Source: Azolla caroliniana (lineage: Eukaryota; Plantae; Polypodiophyta). From it: DNA of 64,000 nucleotides. The translations under genes were made by a program, and so were the position numbers. Under the pieces are notes generated by a model. That model was not told the DNA's origin. It saw only the letters and a list, made by a program, of their open reading frames with translations, and did no database searches. Shown in pieces: positions 59,001 to 64,000 of the stretch. The DNA lies in NCBI GenBank assembly GCA_043228905.1, contig JBHGNT010000021.1:8804001-8868000 (forward strand), given 5' to 3'. The first letter of the stretch is position 1. Each line of letters begins with the position of its first letter.

Positions 59001-60918
59001 ACTCGAGGATCCGGCCGAAGACGGTGAAGAAACAGAACCGGCCGAGGAAGATGAAACTGATACCGGAACCGGCCCCGATCCCGAAATGGATTCGGATGAA
59101 GAGGAAACGGAGGAGCCGGTTACCGAAGCTTCGGAGCGGAGATATCCTCTAAGAGAGAGAAGGGCCCCCCGGAGATTTCCGGAACCTGAGCACGTGTTGC
59201 TAACCGACGAGGGGGAGCCGGAGAGTTTTGAAGAAGCAAAGCATGACACCCAGAGCCGCAAGTGGTTGAGTGCCATGCAGGAGGAGATGGATTCCCTGCA
59301 TGAGAACCACACATATGAACTTGTGGAGTTGCCGAAAGGAAAGCGGGCACTTCAAAACAAGTGGGTGTTCAAGCTGAAACCGGGAGATGCCGGAAACCCC
59401 CCGAGATACAAAGCCAGGATCGTGGTGAAGGGGTTCCAGCAGAAGAAGGGCGTCGACTTCGACGAGATATTTGCCCCGGTAGTGAAGATGACCTCCATCC
59501 GGACGGTGCTGAGCATAGCGGCAAGCATGGACCTCGAGGTAGAACAGATGGACGTGAAGACGGCATTCCTTCACGGTGACCTCGAAGAAGAGATCTACAT
59601 GCAGCAACCAGAAGGATTCGAGAAGAAAGGGAAGGAGCACCTGGTGTGCCGGTTGAAGAAGAGCCTTTACGGACTGAAGCAGGCTCCCCGGCAATGGTAC
59701 CGGAAGTTCGACTCGTTCATGACCGACGAAGGGTACCACAAAACGCAGTCCAATCACTGCGTGTTTGTGAAGAAGTTCGAAGGAGGAGACTTTCTAATAC
59801 TCCTCCTGTACGTGGACGACATGTTGATCGTCGGACGGGACCAAGTCAAGATACGGATGCTGAAGAAAGCGCTTCACCGAACCTTCTCAATGAAGGACCT
59901 GGGTCCGGCGAGGCAAATACTAGGGATGCACATCATCCGGGACCGGAAGAAGAAGCAGTTGTGGCTGTCACAGGAGAAGTACGTGACAAAGGTTCTTCAC
60001 CGGTTCAACATGTCGGAAGCAAGACCGGTCGGGTCAACCCTCCCGGGAAACTGCAGGTTATCGGGCAAGCAAAGTCCCAAGACAAAAGCTGAAAAGGAGG
60101 ATATGATGAAGATACCATATGCCTCTGCCGTCGGGAGCTTGATGTACGCGATGGTGTGTACCCGACCGGACATTGGATACGCAGTCGGAGTGGTGAGCCG
60201 GTATATGAGTAATCCCGGCAAGGAGCACTGGAAGGCGGTCAAATGGATACTCCGATACTTAAAGGGCACTTCGAACATGTCTGGAGATGAATGACGGCAA
60301 GCCCGGTTGCGGTTACGGAACCGGATGATGAAGAGTACCCGGCATGAAGCCGGATGAAGAGTACCCGGCTACGGATCCGGATGATGAAGACCCCGGCTAC
60401 GGAGCCGGATGCTGAAGACCCCGGCTACGGAGCCGGATGACGAATGTACCCGGAGAGAGATCCGGATGCGGGGACATATTTGTGAATATGTTTGCCAAGG
60501 GCCCTTGAGGCTATATTTGTAAATAGCCCGAAAGTCATATGTGTATAAATATGACTTAGGGCAAACAGTTTAGTAGTTGTTGCTCATTTTTCTGTTTTCA
60601 CTTAGAGGGAGCGAAGTGAGAGCAGCCGAGAGAGAGAGTGAGAGAGAGAGAGACGAAGAGGTCGTTGCCTCTGTGTATTACCGCCGCCTGTGGCGAAGAC
60701 AGTGAGCTCAAGGTTGTTGCCTTGTAGCTTCACCATTGTACATCTCTGTTTATAGTGATAGTTGGAGTTTGAGGACTCCCGTGGTTTTTTCCCATTTAGG
60801 GTTTTCCACGTAAAACATCCTGTGTACTCTTCTCTCTATTGTCCTCGTGCACTTTGTATTTCCTGTTTTCTGTGAGTTGATCCTATTCCTCGGTTGTGGC
60901 CGAGCACTGTGTTCAAGA
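56012..60918 (+). mobile_element. Copia element A2; 5' LTR 56012-56681, 3' LTR about 60277-60918; TSD caatg; RNase H and PPT deleted
   Basis: PBS 56685-96; the host frame PDLAM/LQWIAY is continuous across it. Confidence 0.95.
56713..60294 (+). pseudogene. gag-pol: Copia A2 gag-PR-INT-RT (stop at 57862; truncated before RNase H)
   Basis: Near-identical to the A1 protein. Confidence 0.95.
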
Positions 60919-63088
60919 CAATGCTCCAGTGGATAGCGTACATTAAGTCCCTGAACCCGGAGATACGGCACATCTCCGGAAAGGACAACGCGATGGCCGA
61001 CATGCTTTCGAGGGCAAGGTTCGATGACGAGGACGGCATGGTTTTGGATGACGAAGAAGTCGGCGAGGACTTCTTCGGGTCGGCTAACGTAACGACGAGA
61101 AAAGGGAACACTCCGGCGCTTAACGAATTTGACGAGAGCAGGTACGACGGGGAGTGGCTGCAAATCTGGAGGTTCCTACGGACGATGACGCCGGACGTAG
61201 CATGGGCGAAAGAGGAGGCGAGCCGGATACGAAGGAAGGCGTACAGATTCTTCCTGCGGGACGGGTGCATATGGAGGCACCCAAAGAAGAGAAGCGGCAT
61301 TCCACTCCGAGTAGTGGCAAAGAAAGAAGAACAGGGGAAACTACTAGCGGCATTTCACGAGAGCCCCTAGGCCAGACATTGTGGAATGTGGGCCACTTTC
61401 GAGAAGATGAAGGAGAAGTATTGGTGGCCAGGGCTGTACCAGGACGTGCATCGGTTCGTAACGACTTGCGAAAGCTGTCAGTTGCACTCCGTAGTCCAAC
61501 ACCAGGACGAGCTACACCCGACCTACCCGCCTACGGTCCATTTCAAGTGGATGGTGGACTTGGTGACGATGCCGATGGGGGTAGGACAGATGCAATACTT
61601 GGTGCTTGCACGAGAAGACTTAACGAACCAGGTGGTATGCCGGTTCCTGATCGAAGAAGTAGTGTGTCAGTACGGGTGCGTCGAGAGGATCGTGGCGGAC
61701 CGGGGAGAGCTGGATGCGCGGGAGGCCGAGGAGCTATTGGACTGGTTAGGCGTCAAACTCTCCCTCACCACGGCGTACAATCCGGAGGCGAACGGAAAGG
61801 TGGAATGTGGGCACAGACCGACTGTAAAGGCGTTGGTGCGTGCATGTGGTGGGCAAGTCGGGAATTGGCCGCGACTCCTTCCTTACGCACTATGGGCGGA
61901 CCGAACTACGCACAGTTCAGTAACAGGGTTTATGCCGGCAGAGCTGATGTACGGACAAAAGCCGATCATGCCGGTGGAGCGGACGGTTTCTTCGTGGGCG
62001 GCGGTAGGTTGGAAGGACGAAATGAGCCGGGAGGAGTTATTGGCGGCGCGGATTCGGCAACTCGAGCGGAGGCCGGAGGACGTGATACAGGCGAAGGAAA
62101 GGCTGCGAGCGGCAAGGGAGCAGAACAAGGTCCGGTTCAACCGGACGCACCGATTGCGACCAAAGAAGATCGAGGAAGGCGACTGGGTCTTGGTATACGA
62201 CAGCAGGCTCAACAATCAGTACAAGGCGGTGCGAAAGTTTGCTAGGAGATGGTTCGAGCCCTACACGGTGATGAGCGTGAATGACAACGGCACGTACCAC
62301 CTCGCGGAACTCGACGGGACATGGTTAGCGGTGCTGGTGGCCGGAAAGCGGATCAAAGCATTCAAAAAGCGGTTCGAAGAGGAGCCGGAGCCTGCGAGCG
62401 GGAGCGACAACGACGATCAGTTCGGATCCGGTGGAGAATCGGAGAGCAACGAGTGAGGCCGGGTTTCTTCGATATCTACCCATCTCTGGCACATACCGGT
62501 GGATGCGCGGTTTGGTGGGGGTGGATGTCGTGAAGAAAACCGGCCATAGGCGGAATCGGCGAGAAAGCGCATAAACCGGCCCTTACACGGATGGACGCGT
62601 GACTTGGTATTTACTACACGAATCGGTGGAGATAAATACTAAGTCGCATGCTTTTATTGGGGGGGGGATTGTGCGTATCCCTGTCAAAGGGACAGGGAAT
62701 AAAGGGAAGAGGACAAGAGAAAGGAAAGATCGCGCGTTGGGGAAGAAGGGGCTGCTGCAGAACAAAGTGCCGAGCTCTCTCTTCTCCTCCTCCGGTCGTC
62801 GGTCTCTGTGGGTGTTGGGAGTTCGCTGCCTCTGCTTCGCTGGCAACCCGTGTGCTTCAAGCAGAGGCTCTCCCCCTTTTGGTTCCTGGAGTTGTGTGGC
62901 AGTCGTCTGTGTGTGTGAGTGGGACCCCGTGTTGGGCCTCTGTTCGAGTTGTAAGCTATTGATTTTAGTAATTGGATTCTTGTTTCTTGCTCTTAATTCT
63001 TCTCTGTCTGTCTGTCTCTCTCTCCATCTCCCTCTCCTTGGTCCAAGACCCCCGTGGTCCCGCCTCTTTCTACACGCACGCGTGTAAC

Positions 63089-64000
63089 AACTACCGGAGG
63101 CTTCAAGACCTGCAAACGAAACAAGTCGTTTTCGGTTTGCCGAAGTTTAGCGGCCGAAGAGCCCAGATTTATGAAGCCTGCCAACTCGGGAAGCAACACC
63201 GGCTTCCATTCCCCACCGAAAGAAATCGAAGCCGTAACAAGCTCGATCTTATCCATTCGGATGTGTGGGGACCGGCACAAAATGTCAGCATTGGCGGGAG
63301 TTGATATTTCGTCTCCTTCATCGACGACTACACGCGGCATACGTGGATCTACCTCATTGAGCGGAAGGGCGAAGTCTTCGAGTGTTTCCGGAGCCTCCAA
63401 AAGATGGTGGAACGGGAATCGGAGAGGAAGATCAAAGGCCTACGGTCGGATGGCGGAAAAGAGTACTTTTTCGGCCAATTCAACAGTTATCTGCAACAAA
63501 AAGGAATTCGGCGAGAATTCAACTGCAGATACACACCGCAACAGAACGGTGTGGCTGAAAGGAAGAATCAGTCGCTGATTGACGTGGCTAGGGCAATGCT
63601 GGAGGAAAAGAGCCTACCCAAGTTCTACTGGGCAGAGGCGGTCCAAACGGCCGTTTACATCCAGAACCGGATCGGGGACAAGGTGTCAGCTCACGAGCTG
63701 TATTTTGGGTGCAAGCCGAATTTGAGACACCTCCGGATATTCGGCAACATAGCCTATGTACATGTGCCGGATGAGAAGTTGAGAAAGCTGGATGCAAAAT
63801 CGGAAAAATGCATCCTAGTCGGCTATGCTCAAGAGCAAAAGGGGTATAAGTGTTATAACCCCCAGACGAAGCAGGTCCGAGTCAGCCGAGATGTCGAGTT
63901 TGATGAATCGGCATCGTGGTATTCCTTACCGACTCCAACTTCCGATCCCGACCCGATGTCGGAGGATGGGGCTAGTGAGCCTGAACCGGCCCAGGTAGAG
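63089..64000 (+). pseudogene. pol: Copia B integrase
   Basis: LDLIHSDVWGP, SDGGKEY, TPQQNGVAERKN; stop near 63302. Confidence 0.9.

Larger units (their letters stand above)
54092..62456 (+). pseudogene. pol: Element I pol (RT-RH-INT), interrupted by A2 at 56012-60918
   Basis: DLYSGYDQ, LPQGGTNS, MPFLNDIPIKG, VDTSPTGIG, ADRGEL, YNPEANGKVE; stops at 55211 and 61368. Confidence 0.92.
50764..63091 (+). mobile_element. Autonomous-type Gypsy element I (Trp-primed); LTRs 50764-51359 and 62526 to about 63091
   Basis: PBS tggtgaacccgacatgaa 51364-81; PPT ggtgggggtgga before 62526; carries two nested Copia A insertions. Confidence 0.93.
48808..64000 (+). mobile_element. Copia element B (5' LTR 48808-49226, PBS 49227-38), interrupted by Gypsy I, continues past the window
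   Basis: gag-PR 49322-50763 ends at LWHKR and resumes NYRRLQDL at about 63089. Confidence 0.9.

Overview
This window is almost entirely nested, partly decayed LTR retrotransposons. I see no host gene, RNA gene or CRISPR array. The element types and a plant tRNA-Trp primer site suggest heterochromatin of a land plant, probably a non-seed plant (inference). Copia elements primed by tRNA-iMet with 5-bp TSDs include one intact copy with identical LTRs (38345-43808), two young copies of family A (11589-16763, 56012-60918), older A relatives, a solo LTR and family B/C. Gypsy elements include a chromovirus-type fragment, a non-chromovirus family G, and a tRNA-Trp-primed family with an autonomous-type copy (50764-63091), a non-autonomous gag-only copy (21343-26492) and several solo or partial LTRs. 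The Trp-primed family gives the main findings: a candidate -1 frameshift signal (G GAU UUU UAG, 6-nt spacer, hairpin) between protease and RT; 4-bp targets centred on CG at all nine readable sites; and a non-autonomous partner encoding a truncated-capsid, repeat-rich protein. Family labels (A-K) are mine. All alignments were made by eye.
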